Below, in pieces: positions 10,052-20,532 of a stretch of 248,000 nucleotides of DNA. Under the pieces are notes generated by a model. The model was not told where the DNA came from. It did no database searches and saw nothing but the letters and a program-made list of their open reading frames with translations. Origin of the DNA: Hyalangium minutum. Its GTDB lineage: Bacteria; Myxococcota; Myxococcia; Myxococcales; Myxococcaceae. Both the position numbers and the translations under genes were made by a program. Every line of letters starts with the position of its first letter. Position 1 is the first letter of the stretch. The stretch covers positions 20,001-268,000 of the forward strand of contig NZ_JMCB01000002.1 of assembly GCF_000737315.1 (NCBI RefSeq), written 5' to 3'.

Positions 10052-10807
10052 GTGGTCCACGTCCTCTTCTTCTCCGACAGACAGGTGCGCGACAAGCTCT
10101 TCGCCCTCGTGGACGGGACGCGAGGGTTGGTGCTCGTGAAGGGCGTGCGCCATGGCAAGGACATGACGCCTCCGCAGGAGCGCGAGCCCTTTGACACCCT
10201 CGATGCCAGCTTCGGCCACGCGCTCACCACCGTCATCGTCGCCGACGAGGGCAGCATCGAGGGCATGTGGCGAGACCCGCTCGGAGACCTCGCCGAGCGT
10301 CTCTACCCGCGCAGCAAGGACGACGCCTATACCGCCGCGAGCAGCTACCTCATCCTCGAGAACGGCCGCCCCCGCGCCGTCGTGCGCAAGCGGGAAACGC
10401 CCCGCGAGGATCTCTGGTACCTCCAGGAGGCGCTCAGCCAGCTCACGTCCCGCATCCCCGCGCCTGACCCCGCTCGCAAGCCGGGCCCTCGCAAGGCCGC
10501 TGCTCCCAAGGCCTCGCGCCGCCCGCCCTCCAACGACCCCACGCCCCCGCGTGGTACCCGCGCCTACGCCTACGCCGAGCCCGAGTTCGAGCCCCCTCCC
10601 GAGCCGCCCGCAATGGACCCCTGGAAGGTGCTCGGCATCGCCCCCGGTACCTCCAAGGACGAGGCCCGTCGCGCCTTCCGCGCGCTCGTAGCCCAGTACC
10701 ACCCGGACAAGGTCGCCCACCTCGCTCCCGAGTTTCAGGAGCTGGCCGAGCGCAAGACGCGCGAGCTCCTCGAGGCCTGGGAGCAGCTCGAGAAGTCGCT
10801 CCCCTGA
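10052..10807 (+). CDS. C-terminal J-domain protein
   Basis: DPWKVLGI...YHPDK. Confidence 0.85.
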   Translation: MVHVLFFSDRQVRDKLFALVDGTRGLVLVKGVRHGKDMTPPQEREPFDTLDASFGHALTTVIVADEGSIEGMWRDPLGDLAERLYPRSKDDAYTAASSYLILENGRPRAVVRKRETPREDLWYLQEALSQLTSRIPAPDPARKPGPRKAAAPKASRRPPSNDPTPPRGTRAYAYAEPEFEPPPEPPAMDPWKVLGIAPGTSKDEARRAFRALVAQYHPDKVAHLAPEFQELAERKTRELLEAWEQLEKSLP

Positions 10808-10810
10808 GCC

Positions 10811-11797
10811 TCAGCCCTCCGAGGACACGGGCGCGGAGGGCGGCACCGAGTCCTCCAGCGTGAAGCGCCCAATCAGCGGCATGTGGTCCGACAGCCCATG
10901 GAACCGGCTGGTGATGTCCCCGAACGGCCGCGTCTCCTCCATGTCCAGCCACCGCACCCCGCTCCCCGAGAACAGGTGGTCCAGGTGCATGCGCATGTGC
11001 ATGAAGCCCGCCGTGGGAAAGCCTCGGATGGACTTCGGATCAATCTGTCCCACGCACGCCTGCGCGCACGTGAGCCGCGCCTCGTCGCACAGGTACTGGA
11101 ACACGGGCGAGGCTGGCGGCGAGTTGAAGTCCCCGGTCACCACGAACGGCTCGCCCTGCGAGTGCTCCGTCAACAGCGACACCAGCTTGCGCGCCTCGTG
11201 CAGCTGGTTCATCCCGCGCCCCATCTTGTCCTTCGTCGCCCAGAACTCCTTGGCGAACGGCGTGGGCAGGCTCAGGTGCGTGTTGAAGACGTGGAACGCC
11301 CGCCCATCGTCCGCCCGCTGCAGCCGCATGTGCGCGCAGATGCGGCTCTGCTTGCGCTCCTTCAGCCGCTGCACGTGGTGGTAGGTGATTTGAGCCGGCG
11401 CCTCCACGTTGTGCCGGTCCACTCTCAGCGTCTTCCGGTTCACCAGGATGGCCAACCCCGTGGTGTACAGCGAGAAGTCCCACAGCTTGTAGTGGTGCGC
11501 CCGGAAGTAGAAGGCGTCGTAGGGCATCTCGCGGCCCTGGGCCCCGAAGATCTCCACCATGCGCCCCATGAAGGCCTGCAGCTGGGTCTCCCCCGGGTGG
11601 CTCGGCCGGTGGGCCACCGAGCTGCGGAAGGAGCTCGTCTCCACCTCTTGCAGGCAGACGACGTCGGGCAGCGGATTCAACGAGGCAATCGCCGCGGAGA
11701 CCCGGCGCTTGGGGCCCGTGGTGCTCGCCAAGCCGCGAAGCGCATGGCCGAAGTACCGAACGTTGTAGCTCACGAGACGTAAGGATGTGGCAGCCAC
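10811..11797 (-). CDS. Endonuclease/exonuclease/phosphatase family protein
   Basis: SYNV, LQEV, NTHL, GDFN, SDH motifs. Confidence 0.9.
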   Translation of the reverse strand: MAATSLRLVSYNVRYFGHALRGLASTTGPKRRVSAAIASLNPLPDVVCLQEVETSSFRSSVAHRPSHPGETQLQAFMGRMVEIFGAQGREMPYDAFYFRAHHYKLWDFSLYTTGLAILVNRKTLRVDRHNVEAPAQITYHHVQRLKERKQSRICAHMRLQRADDGRAFHVFNTHLSLPTPFAKEFWATKDKMGRGMNQLHEARKLVSLLTEHSQGEPFVVTGDFNSPPASPVFQYLCDEARLTCAQACVGQIDPKSIRGFPTAGFMHMRMHLDHLFSGSGVRWLDMEETRPFGDITSRFHGLSDHMPLIGRFTLEDSVPPSAPVSSEG

Positions 11798-11990
11798 GAG
11801 ATGACTTTACCCATGCCGCCCGCTCCGGCTACTCCGGGGCGTCTGGTCCCTTGCCTGCTTTGCGTTCTAGCTGATAGTGGACACTCCGCCCGGGTGCTTC
11901 CGCCCCGGTGAAAAAGTTCCCGCCCCCAGGGTCGGCTGTGCGCGGGGGGGCGCTGAATCGCCCCAGCTCTTCCATTTCAAGGAGTCTCAG

Positions 11991-12548
11991 ATGCGTTCGC
12001 TCAAGTGGGCAGTCGCCGTCGTGGCAGCAACCAGCTTCCTGGGTTGTGGTGGCAACCAGCCCTCCATCTACCGCGTGGCCGTGCAGCGGGTGACCGCGGA
12101 GAACACCCCTGCGGGCTGCTACGTCCCGGGTCAGGCGCCTACCACCATCAACGACAAGTCCACGAACCTCGTGGACCGGCAGCAGTGGGTTCTCTGGGAG
12201 GGTATCGAGGACGCCGTGTACCTGGAGCCCGGGAACATCAACTACAACATTGGCCAGGCCGAGAACGTCGCCATCAGCGCGGACACCATCCAGGGCACCA
12301 AGGCCGACGGCAAGCACACCTTCACCAGCGAGCGCACGCGGAGTGCCCCGAACGAGGTCTACACCACCTCGGCCACCTACACGATCGACAAGCTGGGGAG
12401 CACCATCGAGGGTGCGCTGCTGCTCCGCTCCGTGTGCACGGGAGCGAACTGCGATTTCACGACCGCTTGCGAGGTCACGCTGACCTACTCCGGCATCAAG
12501 ATCGACGCCGACCAGTTCAGCGTCTTCACCCCCAGCCCGGGGACCTGA
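11991..12548 (+). CDS. Lipoprotein
   Basis: Lipobox FLGC; RBS ggag. Confidence 0.65.
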   Translation: MRSLKWAVAVVAATSFLGCGGNQPSIYRVAVQRVTAENTPAGCYVPGQAPTTINDKSTNLVDRQQWVLWEGIEDAVYLEPGNINYNIGQAENVAISADTIQGTKADGKHTFTSERTRSAPNEVYTTSATYTIDKLGSTIEGALLLRSVCTGANCDFTTACEVTLTYSGIKIDADQFSVFTPSPGT

Positions 12549-12662
12549 TCCCCTTTGGGCCGCCAGGCCTCTCCGGGCAGGGGAGGCCTGGGCCTCAGGC
12601 AGGCGGAGCGCTCAGTCCAGGCGCGCGTCCGGGCCGAGGATGTTAAAGGTGGGGGTAACACC

Positions 12663-13505
12663 ATGACGCCCACCTCCTCCCGTTTCCGTGGCACCGAGAA
12701 GTACCTCTCCAGCGAGGGCCTCCAGGCCGCCGTCAACTGTGCGCTGACGCTCCAGCGTCCCCTGTTGGTGAAAGGCGAGCCCGGCACCGGAAAGACCCTC
12801 CTGGCCGAGGCCATCTCCGAGGCGCTCGGCATGCGCCTCATCCCCTGGCACGTGAAGAGCACCACCCGCGCCCAGGATGGCCTCTACGTCTACGACACCG
12901 TGCAGCGCCTGTATGACTCGCGCTTCGGCGACGGGGACGTGAAGGACATCCGCCGCTACATCCGCCTGGGGCCTCTGGGCGAGGCCTTCTCCGCGAAGGA
13001 GCGCGTGGTGCTGCTCATCGACGAGGTGGACAAGGCGGACCTCGAGTTCCCCAACGACTTGCTCCACGAGCTGGACCGGATGCGCTTCCGCATCGTGGAG
13101 ACGAACGAGGAGGTGGTGGCCGCGCACCGCCCCGTCGTCATCATCACCAGCAACAACGAGAAGGAGCTGCCGGACGCCTTCCTGCGCCGCTGCGTGTTCC
13201 ACTTCATCGACTTCCCGGACACGGACCTGATGCGCCGCATCGTCGGCGTGCACCACCCGGGGCTGGACGCGGAGCTGGCCGAGCAGGCCCTGAAGGTCTT
13301 CTACGAGCTGCGCGGCTTCTCGCGGCTGCGCAAGCGGCCCACCACCAGCGAGCTCATCGACTGGATCGCCGTGCTCAAGGCCAGCGGCGTGCAGAGCTTC
13401 AAGCTGGATGAGAACCTGCCCTTCCTCGGCGCGCTGCTGAAGAAGGAGCAGGACCTGATGGCGGTGGCCGAGGCGTTCGGCCGGGGCCGCCGGACGCGGG
13501 CCTAA
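12663..13505 (+). CDS. MoxR/CoxD-like AAA+ ATPase
   Basis: GEPGTGKT, LLIDEVDK, SNNEKELPDAFLRRC. Confidence 0.9.
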   Translation: MTPTSSRFRGTEKYLSSEGLQAAVNCALTLQRPLLVKGEPGTGKTLLAEAISEALGMRLIPWHVKSTTRAQDGLYVYDTVQRLYDSRFGDGDVKDIRRYIRLGPLGEAFSAKERVVLLIDEVDKADLEFPNDLLHELDRMRFRIVETNEEVVAAHRPVVIITSNNEKELPDAFLRRCVFHFIDFPDTDLMRRIVGVHHPGLDAELAEQALKVFYELRGFSRLRKRPTTSELIDWIAVLKASGVQSFKLDENLPFLGALLKKEQDLMAVAEAFGRGRRTRA

Positions 13506-13523
13506 GTCCCGGGAGAGCGCGCC

Positions 13524-14729
13524 ATGTTCCTGCCCTTCCTCTACGAGCTGCGCAAGCGCAACATCCCCGTGGGCACCCAGGAGGCGCTGGCCCTCGCGGG
13601 CGCGTTGCGCGCGGGGCTTCATGACAGCAGCCTCGACGGCTTCTACCACGTGGCGCGCTCGCTGCTGGTGCACTCGGAGGCGCACCTGGACGCCTTTGAT
13701 CAGGCCTTCCTGGCGCACTTCAAGGGCGTGGAGTCCGCGGGCCTGCAGCTGACGCAGGAGCTGATGGACTGGCTTCGCGAGGCCAAGGAGCGGAGGGACC
13801 TCACCCCCGAGGAGCAGGAGCTGCTCAACTCGCTGGATGAGGAGGCCCTGCGGCAGCTCTTCGAGGAGCGGTTGCGCGAGCAGCGCGAGCGCCACGACGG
13901 CGGCAACCGGTGGATCGGCACGGGGGGCACATCGCCCTTCGGCAACGGGGGCCATGGGCAGCAGGGCATGCGCGTGGGCGGCACCGGCGGTCGGCAGGGC
14001 ACTGCTCTCTTCCAGGCCGGCGAGCGCAAGTACCAGGGCTACCGGGACGACGTGGTGCTGGACACCCGTCAGTTGGAGGTGGCGCTGCGCAAGCTGCGGG
14101 CCTTCGCGCGCGAGGGCGCTCCGGACGAGCTGGACGTGGACGAGACGATCAACGCCACGGCGAAGAACGCGGGCGAGCTGGAGGTGGTGACGCGGCCGCC
14201 GCGCCGGCCCAACACGCGCGTGGTGCTGCTGATGGACGTGGGCGGCTCGATGGATCCGTACGCAGCGCTGATGAGCCGGCTCTTCAGCGCGGCCAGCCGG
14301 GCCACGCACTTCAAGGAGCTGCGCACCTACTACTTCCACAACTGCGTCTACGGGAAGCTCTACGCCACCCCGCAGCTCACAGGCGGCACCACGGTGCCGG
14401 ACCTGATTGCGCAGGTGGGCAAGCACCACAAGCTCGTCATCGTGGGCGACGCGTACATGGCGCCTTACGAGCTGGGCATCCGCGCGGATGCCAACGGGCA
14501 CTACTCCCCGGACGGGCTGGAGGGGCTTGTCTGGATGATGCAGTTGGCGCAGCACTTCGAGCGCAGCGCGTGGCTCAACCCCGAGCCGCCTCGCATCTGG
14601 CCCAACAGCACCATCGCCACCATCGGCCGCGTCTTCAACATGTTCCCCCTCACCCTCGAGGGGCTGGGCGAGGCCGTGTCCCACCTCACCAAGGGCCGCA
14701 CCCCCAAGGGCCTCTCCGCCCGCCGCTGA
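13524..14729 (+). CDS. VWA domain protein (CoxE-like)
   Basis: DVGGSM MIDAS-like motif; paired with MoxR. Confidence 0.8.
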   Translation: MFLPFLYELRKRNIPVGTQEALALAGALRAGLHDSSLDGFYHVARSLLVHSEAHLDAFDQAFLAHFKGVESAGLQLTQELMDWLREAKERRDLTPEEQELLNSLDEEALRQLFEERLREQRERHDGGNRWIGTGGTSPFGNGGHGQQGMRVGGTGGRQGTALFQAGERKYQGYRDDVVLDTRQLEVALRKLRAFAREGAPDELDVDETINATAKNAGELEVVTRPPRRPNTRVVLLMDVGGSMDPYAALMSRLFSAASRATHFKELRTYYFHNCVYGKLYATPQLTGGTTVPDLIAQVGKHHKLVIVGDAYMAPYELGIRADANGHYSPDGLEGLVWMMQLAQHFERSAWLNPEPPRIWPNSTIATIGRVFNMFPLTLEGLGEAVSHLTKGRTPKGLSARR

Positions 14730-14754
14730 GTTGAATTTTCGCGACTGACCCGGG

Positions 14755-16053
14755 ATGCTTGTCTTCATGCCCGTGGGTCTTCTGGCGCCGCAGAGTGATT
14801 CCTTTGCACTGCAGGCATTGGAGCGGCATCGCCGCAGGCGCGAAGAGCAAGGGATTCCCACGTTGACCGTGTTGGTGGGACCCCTGGGACGGTCCAAGGG
14901 CCTCTTTTCCCGCTGGCTCGCCTCGCGTCACCGGCCGCTCTGTACGGTTGTGTCCGCGACCCCAGCCGAAGCTGTTCGTGCTTGGACCGAGGCTCTCGCC
15001 AAGGCGCGGGACCTCCCGGCTGCGGCTGCGGATTTCCTCGGGAACGTGCTGGGCTTCGCCCCAGGGGCTCTGCGAGCCCGGTTGGAAGGCAAGACGGCCT
15101 ACGAGCGGGACGTGTTGCTTCAGGAGCTCCTGCCTGCGGCACCCGTGGGAGATTCCGGCCCCCTGTGCAGGCTGCTTTTGCTCTCTTCGGAGGTGCCAGC
15201 TCCTGGGGCTCTCTTCGAGCCGCTGCTCCGCGGTTATGGAGGGGACCCCGCTCGCACTTTCTCGGCGCTGCACGCCATCCTTCCCGCAGGGACGGCTCCG
15301 GCGCTCTTGCTGACGGGCTCCGGGGCAGAGGGGTGTGCGCGTGCTTCCAGAGCCGCAGCCAATCTCTGCGAGGCCGTGCCCGTGTTGCCCATCGCGCTCA
15401 GCGTGGAGCGGACCTGGGTCGACGCGTTCCTGGCAGGCCCTGAGAGTCGCTCACTCGCCATGGTCCGCGAGGGGCTCATCGAGGTGGCAGCGCCTTCACC
15501 TCAGGCTTTGCAGCGGAGGTTGGAGGAACTGGGCGTCCGCGACACCGAGCTTCTCGCTGCGCCCCTGGCCCAGCTTGCCGAGGATGGCGCCTCGGATGAG
15601 CTGGTGACCCGCTTTGGCCGGGCAGCGCTGGCTCGGGAAGCCGCTGCCCGCGAACCTTCCGGAGCCAGCCGCGCCCGGAGCGCCGAAGAGGAGTTCCTGC
15701 ACCTGCTCTTGGAAGAGATTCCAGAGACGCAAGGCCTCTTCGAGCTCAATCAGAGGGCAGGATTCCTCATCCAGGGCCGACCTGTCGAGGTGGATTTCCT
15801 GTCACTGACCTTGCGTGTGGCGATAGAGGTCGACGGTTACTATCACTTCCGGGACAAGGAAGCCTATCGGCGCGACCGCCGAAAGGATTTGGCGCTCCAG
15901 CGAGAAGGCTATCTGGTGCTCCGGTTCCTGGCGGACGATGTGGTGGAGCGGTTTCGCGAGATTCGCGATACACTCTTGGAGGTCGTGGCCCACAGGCGCG
16001 ACCCGTCAAGGCGGCAACCGCCGCTGGGGGAGGATGCAGATGGTGGGGAGTGA
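14755..16053 (+). CDS. DUF559/Vsr-like endonuclease domain protein
   Basis: C-terminal EVDF...AIEVDGYYH...RRDRRKD..LQREGYLVLRF. Confidence 0.75.
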   Translation: MLVFMPVGLLAPQSDSFALQALERHRRRREEQGIPTLTVLVGPLGRSKGLFSRWLASRHRPLCTVVSATPAEAVRAWTEALAKARDLPAAAADFLGNVLGFAPGALRARLEGKTAYERDVLLQELLPAAPVGDSGPLCRLLLLSSEVPAPGALFEPLLRGYGGDPARTFSALHAILPAGTAPALLLTGSGAEGCARASRAAANLCEAVPVLPIALSVERTWVDAFLAGPESRSLAMVREGLIEVAAPSPQALQRRLEELGVRDTELLAAPLAQLAEDGASDELVTRFGRAALAREAAAREPSGASRARSAEEEFLHLLLEEIPETQGLFELNQRAGFLIQGRPVEVDFLSLTLRVAIEVDGYYHFRDKEAYRRDRRKDLALQREGYLVLRFLADDVVERFREIRDTLLEVVAHRRDPSRRQPPLGEDADGGE

Positions 16054-17080
16054 AGTGTCTCATGTTGGAGATCTGGCACTCGCCTGGTTGCTGACACGCG
16101 CGGAGGGGAAGGGGGCTCGGAGTGACCTGGCCCGTGCGTTGAAGCCTCTCACGGACCACCGCTGGAGCAGTGGGGAGTGGAACACCCGGTTGGAGGGGCT
16201 GCTGGAGCAGCTCGTTCACGAGGGGCTCGTGCAGCAGAACGCTCGCAAGGGACTGACCCTCACCCCGCAGGGACGCACGCGGGCCCTGGCGGCCTTGCGC
16301 CTGGAGCGCCTGCCCAAGGGAACCACCTGGAAACAGCTCAAGCGGACTCACCTGGTGGCGCTGGCCTTGGGGCTGGCTCCTTCGCCGTCGACGCTGGCTC
16401 GGCTGGGCCGCGCGGATGGCATGCGCGCGGTGCTCGTGCAGAAGCAGCTCGGGCTCCCGGCTCCCGGCTCCCAAAGCCTCGCGCAGGTCCGGGATGCCTT
16501 GTGCTGGCGGCAGCTGGGCGTGGAGACGGACAAGCCTTTCACGCTGGCGGCCGTTCAGTCGGTGTTGCTCAGCCGGGCGCTGGAGGCCACGCGCGAGCTC
16601 GCTCCCTCGCAGGCGCTGCACCAGCTCGCCGCCAGGAGCGTGGGCGCGCGGCGGACGGACCCGGAGAGTCTCCGGCTGGCCACGCTGCGGGCCTGGGCAC
16701 TGCCTTTCGGGGAGCCCGCTCCGGCTCAGCCCCGTGCTCCAGACAGCGCCTCCGCCCCTCCGAGCGCCGCCGCCACGGGAGCGGAAGCCACTCGCCAGGA
16801 CGAGGGCCTGCACCACTTCGCGGAGCGCGTCTTGCAGGTAGCCCGTGGCGCGACAGAAGGACGTTTTGGAGATGACCGGGTCTTCATCTCTCACGTCTGG
16901 CGGGCCATGCAGGCGCCCGGCCTGGACGAGCAGTCCTTCAAGCGCCGCCTCATCGAAGCCAACCAGAAGCGGCTCCTGTCCCTGAGCCGCGCCGACATGG
17001 TGGAGCTGATGGACCCCACGGAGCTCTCCGCTTCGGAGACCCGGCACCTGGGCGCCACCTTCCACTTCATTGCGTTGTAG
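16034..17080 (+). CDS. Hypothetical protein, possible winged-helix domains
   Basis: ORF coupled to flanking genes. Confidence 0.55.
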   Translation: MQMVGSEVSHVGDLALAWLLTRAEGKGARSDLARALKPLTDHRWSSGEWNTRLEGLLEQLVHEGLVQQNARKGLTLTPQGRTRALAALRLERLPKGTTWKQLKRTHLVALALGLAPSPSTLARLGRADGMRAVLVQKQLGLPAPGSQSLAQVRDALCWRQLGVETDKPFTLAAVQSVLLSRALEATRELAPSQALHQLAARSVGARRTDPESLRLATLRAWALPFGEPAPAQPRAPDSASAPPSAAATGAEATRQDEGLHHFAERVLQVARGATEGRFGDDRVFISHVWRAMQAPGLDEQSFKRRLIEANQKRLLSLSRADMVELMDPTELSASETRHLGATFHFIAL

Positions 17081-17121
17081 CCGCAGCTCACCCCGCCGTA
17101 CGGGCTTGAGAACCGCCGCTC

Positions 17122-20100
17122 ATGAGCCACCAGAACGATCTCCGCCTCTCCGCCTTCTTCTCGGACACCGAGGTCTTCCACCCCATCCAGCACCGCCACG
17201 ACATGTGGCGGCAGGATCCGTTCGATGTCGAGACGATCCACAAGGAGGCACGCTCCGCCTTCGAGCGCCTGCTGCTGCGCGCGACGACGCCCCCGCGCCC
17301 GGAGTCCGGCCGCATCCTGCTGCTGCTGGGGGACTCGGGCTGCGGGAAGACCCATCTGATGCGGGCCTTCCGCTCCAGGGCCCACGAGCGCTCGCTGGGC
17401 TTCGTCGGCTACATGCAGATGACGACGGCCCAGTCCAGCTATGGGCGCTACATGCTCAACAACCTGGTGGACTCGCTGGACCAGCCCTATCTGGCGCCCT
17501 CGGAGCCTCGTTCGGGCCTGGAGCGGCTCTCCGGAATGCTGCTGGAGCGGTGCAGCAAGGTCGCCGCCCTCCTCGCGGACTCCGAGCAGGATGCCGATGA
17601 GGTGCCCGCGCTGGTGGACATTGCCGCGGATGAACTCAAGGGGCAGCCCCTCTTCGAGCGGTGCGACCTGGACCTGATGCGGGCGCTCTTGTTCCTGCAG
17701 CGCAATGACACGCGCATCAAGAGCCGGGTGCTCAAGTACCTGCGCTGCGAGGATTTGTCCGAGGGCGATCGAAAGGTGCTCGGAGGTCTGGTGCCTCGCA
17801 TCCACGACCATCACCCTCTGGAGACCGTGGAGCACCTGGGGCGGCTCGTGGCGGCGCTGGACCACTCGCTGGTGTTGTGTGTGGACCAGCTCGAGGGGTT
17901 CAACGACTTCGAGTCCCAGCAGGTGCCGCACTTCCGCCGGGCCATGACCGCGCTGTGTGACTTGGCCGATCGCGTGCCCTCGTCGATCATCGTCATCAGC
18001 TGCTTGCACAACTTCTGGCAGGGGTTGAGCAACCAGCTCACGCAGTCGCTGCGGGACCGCATCGAGAATGCGCCGCCCTTCATCAAGCTGGAGGCCCAGC
18101 GCACGGCCGATGAGGCCCGGCTCATCACCGAGCGCAGGCTGGAGCACCTCTACGCGCTGAAGGATGCACCCTTTGATTACGCGGAGCCCACCTACCCCTT
18201 CCCGCATGAGGGCTTCGAGGCGCTGTCGGGCCATCGCGCACGGGAGGTTCTCGATACGTGCCGGCGCTGGCGCGAGCACGCCATCTCCACGGGAGTGCTT
18301 CCCCATCAGTTCCCCTTGAGCAGCGAGAAGGCAGAGCCGCTGCCCGAGGTTCCCCCGCAGGAGACCCTGGCGCTGGATCAGGAGTGGAACGATTTCCGCA
18401 CCGGGCACTCCACGCCGCCTCCGGAGGAGGACTCGGAGCTGTCCTCGCTGCTGGCGTGGGCGCTGCAAGCTTCCATGGACGAGTTGGAGACAGGACACCG
18501 CGTCCAGGCCCGGTCCGAGGGTGAGGCCCTCTTCGTGGAGCTCACGCCCGGAGATCAGCGGCTGCGCCTGGCCTTCTGCAACAAGGGGGCTCAGCGGGGA
18601 GCCCTCGCGAGGCAGATCGAACAGGTGCGCAAGGACGCCAAGGGGCGCATCCCCGTCGCCGTTCGTTCCAGCTCCTTTCCCAACAGCCCCAAGTCCGAGG
18701 CAGCCCTGGAGCTGGGCAAGCTCCTCAGCAAGGGCGGGCGCAACGCCGTGCTCGAGGACAGCGATTGCCGCCTCATCCTGGCGCTGAAGGCTTTCCGGCA
18801 GCAGCACGAGTCCTACCCGGGCTTTGCCGCGTGGCTCCGCTCGACCCAGCCCCTGAGCCAGCTCAAGCCCTTGCGGGACATTCTGGATCTCGACCACCTG
18901 AGCCGCCCGGCGGCCGTGCCCGGTGCAGCGCCCGCGCCCGCGGTGGCGCCGCAGACCGAGTCTTCAGCGCCTGCTCCCGTGACCGCTCCACCCGTGGCAG
19001 CTGCTCCTCCCCGGGCGGCGCCGGAGCGCCAAGGGACCGAGCAACCCCCCCCGCAGCGTCAGCCTTCTGCTCCCTCACGTGCGCGTGGGCCGGTGCCTCT
19101 CCGGTTGGGCGCCGAGGAGAGTCTGCTCAAGGAAGAGATCTCCCTGCTCCCGGATGAGCTGACCAAGCATGCGGCCTTCCTGGGCGGCTCCGGGAGCGGC
19201 AAGACGACACTGGCGCTGAACGTCATCGAGCAGCTCTTGCTGCAGGGCATTCCGGCCATCCTCGTGGATCGCAAGGGAGACCTGGCGGGCTATGCGACCG
19301 AGGAGTTCTGGACGCGCAGTGCCAGCAGCCCCGAGCGCGCCGAGCGCCAGGCCCGGCTCCGCGAGTGCCTGGATGTGGCGCTCTTCACTCCGGGGCATCC
19401 ACAAGGGCGTCCGCTGTCCATCGCCATCGTTCCGGAGGGGCTCGCTCAGCTGCCAGAGTTCGATCGGCAGTTGGCCACCCGCCATGCCGCGGATGCGCTG
19501 GCGGGCATGCTGGACTACCGGCAGAGCCCTCGCGACAAGTCCTGCCGGACCTTGCTCAGTCAGGCCATTGATCAATACGTCCAGCTCTCGCAGCAGACCG
19601 TCGCCCTGGAGCCGCTCATCCAGTTCATCGGGGACAAGGATCCTCGGCTGGTCAGCGCCGCGGGCCGGCTGGACACCAAGTTGTTCGACAAGCTGGCGGA
19701 TGACCTGGACCGGCTGCGCATCGACACGGAGAAGACCCAGCTGCTGGGGGGCAGCGGGGCAGACAAGCTCGACATGGACCTGCTGCTCGGACGAGGCGCC
19801 CATGCGCGGCCCGGAAAGACGCGCTTGAGCGTTCTCAGCACCCGGTTCCTGGGAGACACGCACAGCGTCCTCTTCTGGATCTCCCAGTTCCTCATTGAGG
19901 TGACGCGGTGGCTCAACCGCAGCCCCTCCAGCTCACTGCAGGCCGTCATCCTCTTTGACGAGGCGGACATGTACCTGCCTGCCACGCGTCAGCCCGCCAC
20001 CAAGCAGCCCATGGAGAACCTGCTGAAGCGGGCTCGCTCGGGAGGGCTGGGCTTGATGCTGGCGACCCAGAGCCCGGGCGACTTCGACTACAAGTGCCGC

Positions 20101-20349
20101 GACACCATCCGCTCCTGGTTCGTGGGCCGCGTCAAAGAGAAGAACTCCTTGGACAAGATGCGGCCCATGCTCAGCGAGGCCCGGGTGGACTTCACGGCGA
20201 AGATCCCCCAGCAGACCACGGGCGAGTTCCACCTCATCCGTGAGGGCAAGGTGAACCGCTTCCGGGCGGACCCGTCCGCCCTGTCCACCGAGCAGCTCGC
20301 GGAGGAGGAGCTGCTGCGGCTGGCCGCCCGCACTCAGTCGCGCCCCTGA
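17122..20349 (+). CDS. Dual P-loop ATPase (N-terminal AAA-like, C-terminal HerA/DUF87-like)
   Basis: GDSGCGKT; GGSGSGKT, LVDRKGD, LFDEAD, LATQSP. Confidence 0.8.
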   Translation: MSHQNDLRLSAFFSDTEVFHPIQHRHDMWRQDPFDVETIHKEARSAFERLLLRATTPPRPESGRILLLLGDSGCGKTHLMRAFRSRAHERSLGFVGYMQMTTAQSSYGRYMLNNLVDSLDQPYLAPSEPRSGLERLSGMLLERCSKVAALLADSEQDADEVPALVDIAADELKGQPLFERCDLDLMRALLFLQRNDTRIKSRVLKYLRCEDLSEGDRKVLGGLVPRIHDHHPLETVEHLGRLVAALDHSLVLCVDQLEGFNDFESQQVPHFRRAMTALCDLADRVPSSIIVISCLHNFWQGLSNQLTQSLRDRIENAPPFIKLEAQRTADEARLITERRLEHLYALKDAPFDYAEPTYPFPHEGFEALSGHRAREVLDTCRRWREHAISTGVLPHQFPLSSEKAEPLPEVPPQETLALDQEWNDFRTGHSTPPPEEDSELSSLLAWALQASMDELETGHRVQARSEGEALFVELTPGDQRLRLAFCNKGAQRGALARQIEQVRKDAKGRIPVAVRSSSFPNSPKSEAALELGKLLSKGGRNAVLEDSDCRLILALKAFRQQHESYPGFAAWLRSTQPLSQLKPLRDILDLDHLSRPAAVPGAAPAPAVAPQTESSAPAPVTAPPVAAAPPRAAPERQGTEQPPPQRQPSAPSRARGPVPLRLGAEESLLKEEISLLPDELTKHAAFLGGSGSGKTTLALNVIEQLLLQGIPAILVDRKGDLAGYATEEFWTRSASSPERAERQARLRECLDVALFTPGHPQGRPLSIAIVPEGLAQLPEFDRQLATRHAADALAGMLDYRQSPRDKSCRTLLSQAIDQYVQLSQQTVALEPLIQFIGDKDPRLVSAAGRLDTKLFDKLADDLDRLRIDTEKTQLLGGSGADKLDMDLLLGRGAHARPGKTRLSVLSTRFLGDTHSVLFWISQFLIEVTRWLNRSPSSSLQAVILFDEADMYLPATRQPATKQPMENLLKRARSGGLGLMLATQSPGDFDYKCRDTIRSWFVGRVKEKNSLDKMRPMLSEARVDFTAKIPQQTTGEFHLIREGKVNRFRADPSALSTEQLAEEELLRLAARTQSRP

Positions 20350-20532
20350 GCGTGGACCCCCGCGCTCCCGCATATAATGATGCGGGGCCTCAAAACGGGG
20401 TTGGGTAGGATGTTTGCCTACCTGAGTTTTCCACAAGTTGTCCCCACCTTCCCACAAATCAGCCATGTAGGTGATGTGGAGCTATTTGTAGGTGGATAGG
20501 CAACTTCCTCCGCCATTTGCCGACAATTCGGC

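Noticed and set aside
20427-20460. DnaA-box-like TTTTCCACA and similar motifs
   Set aside because: Only one good box, no cluster and no dnaA/dnaN nearby; not enough for oriC.
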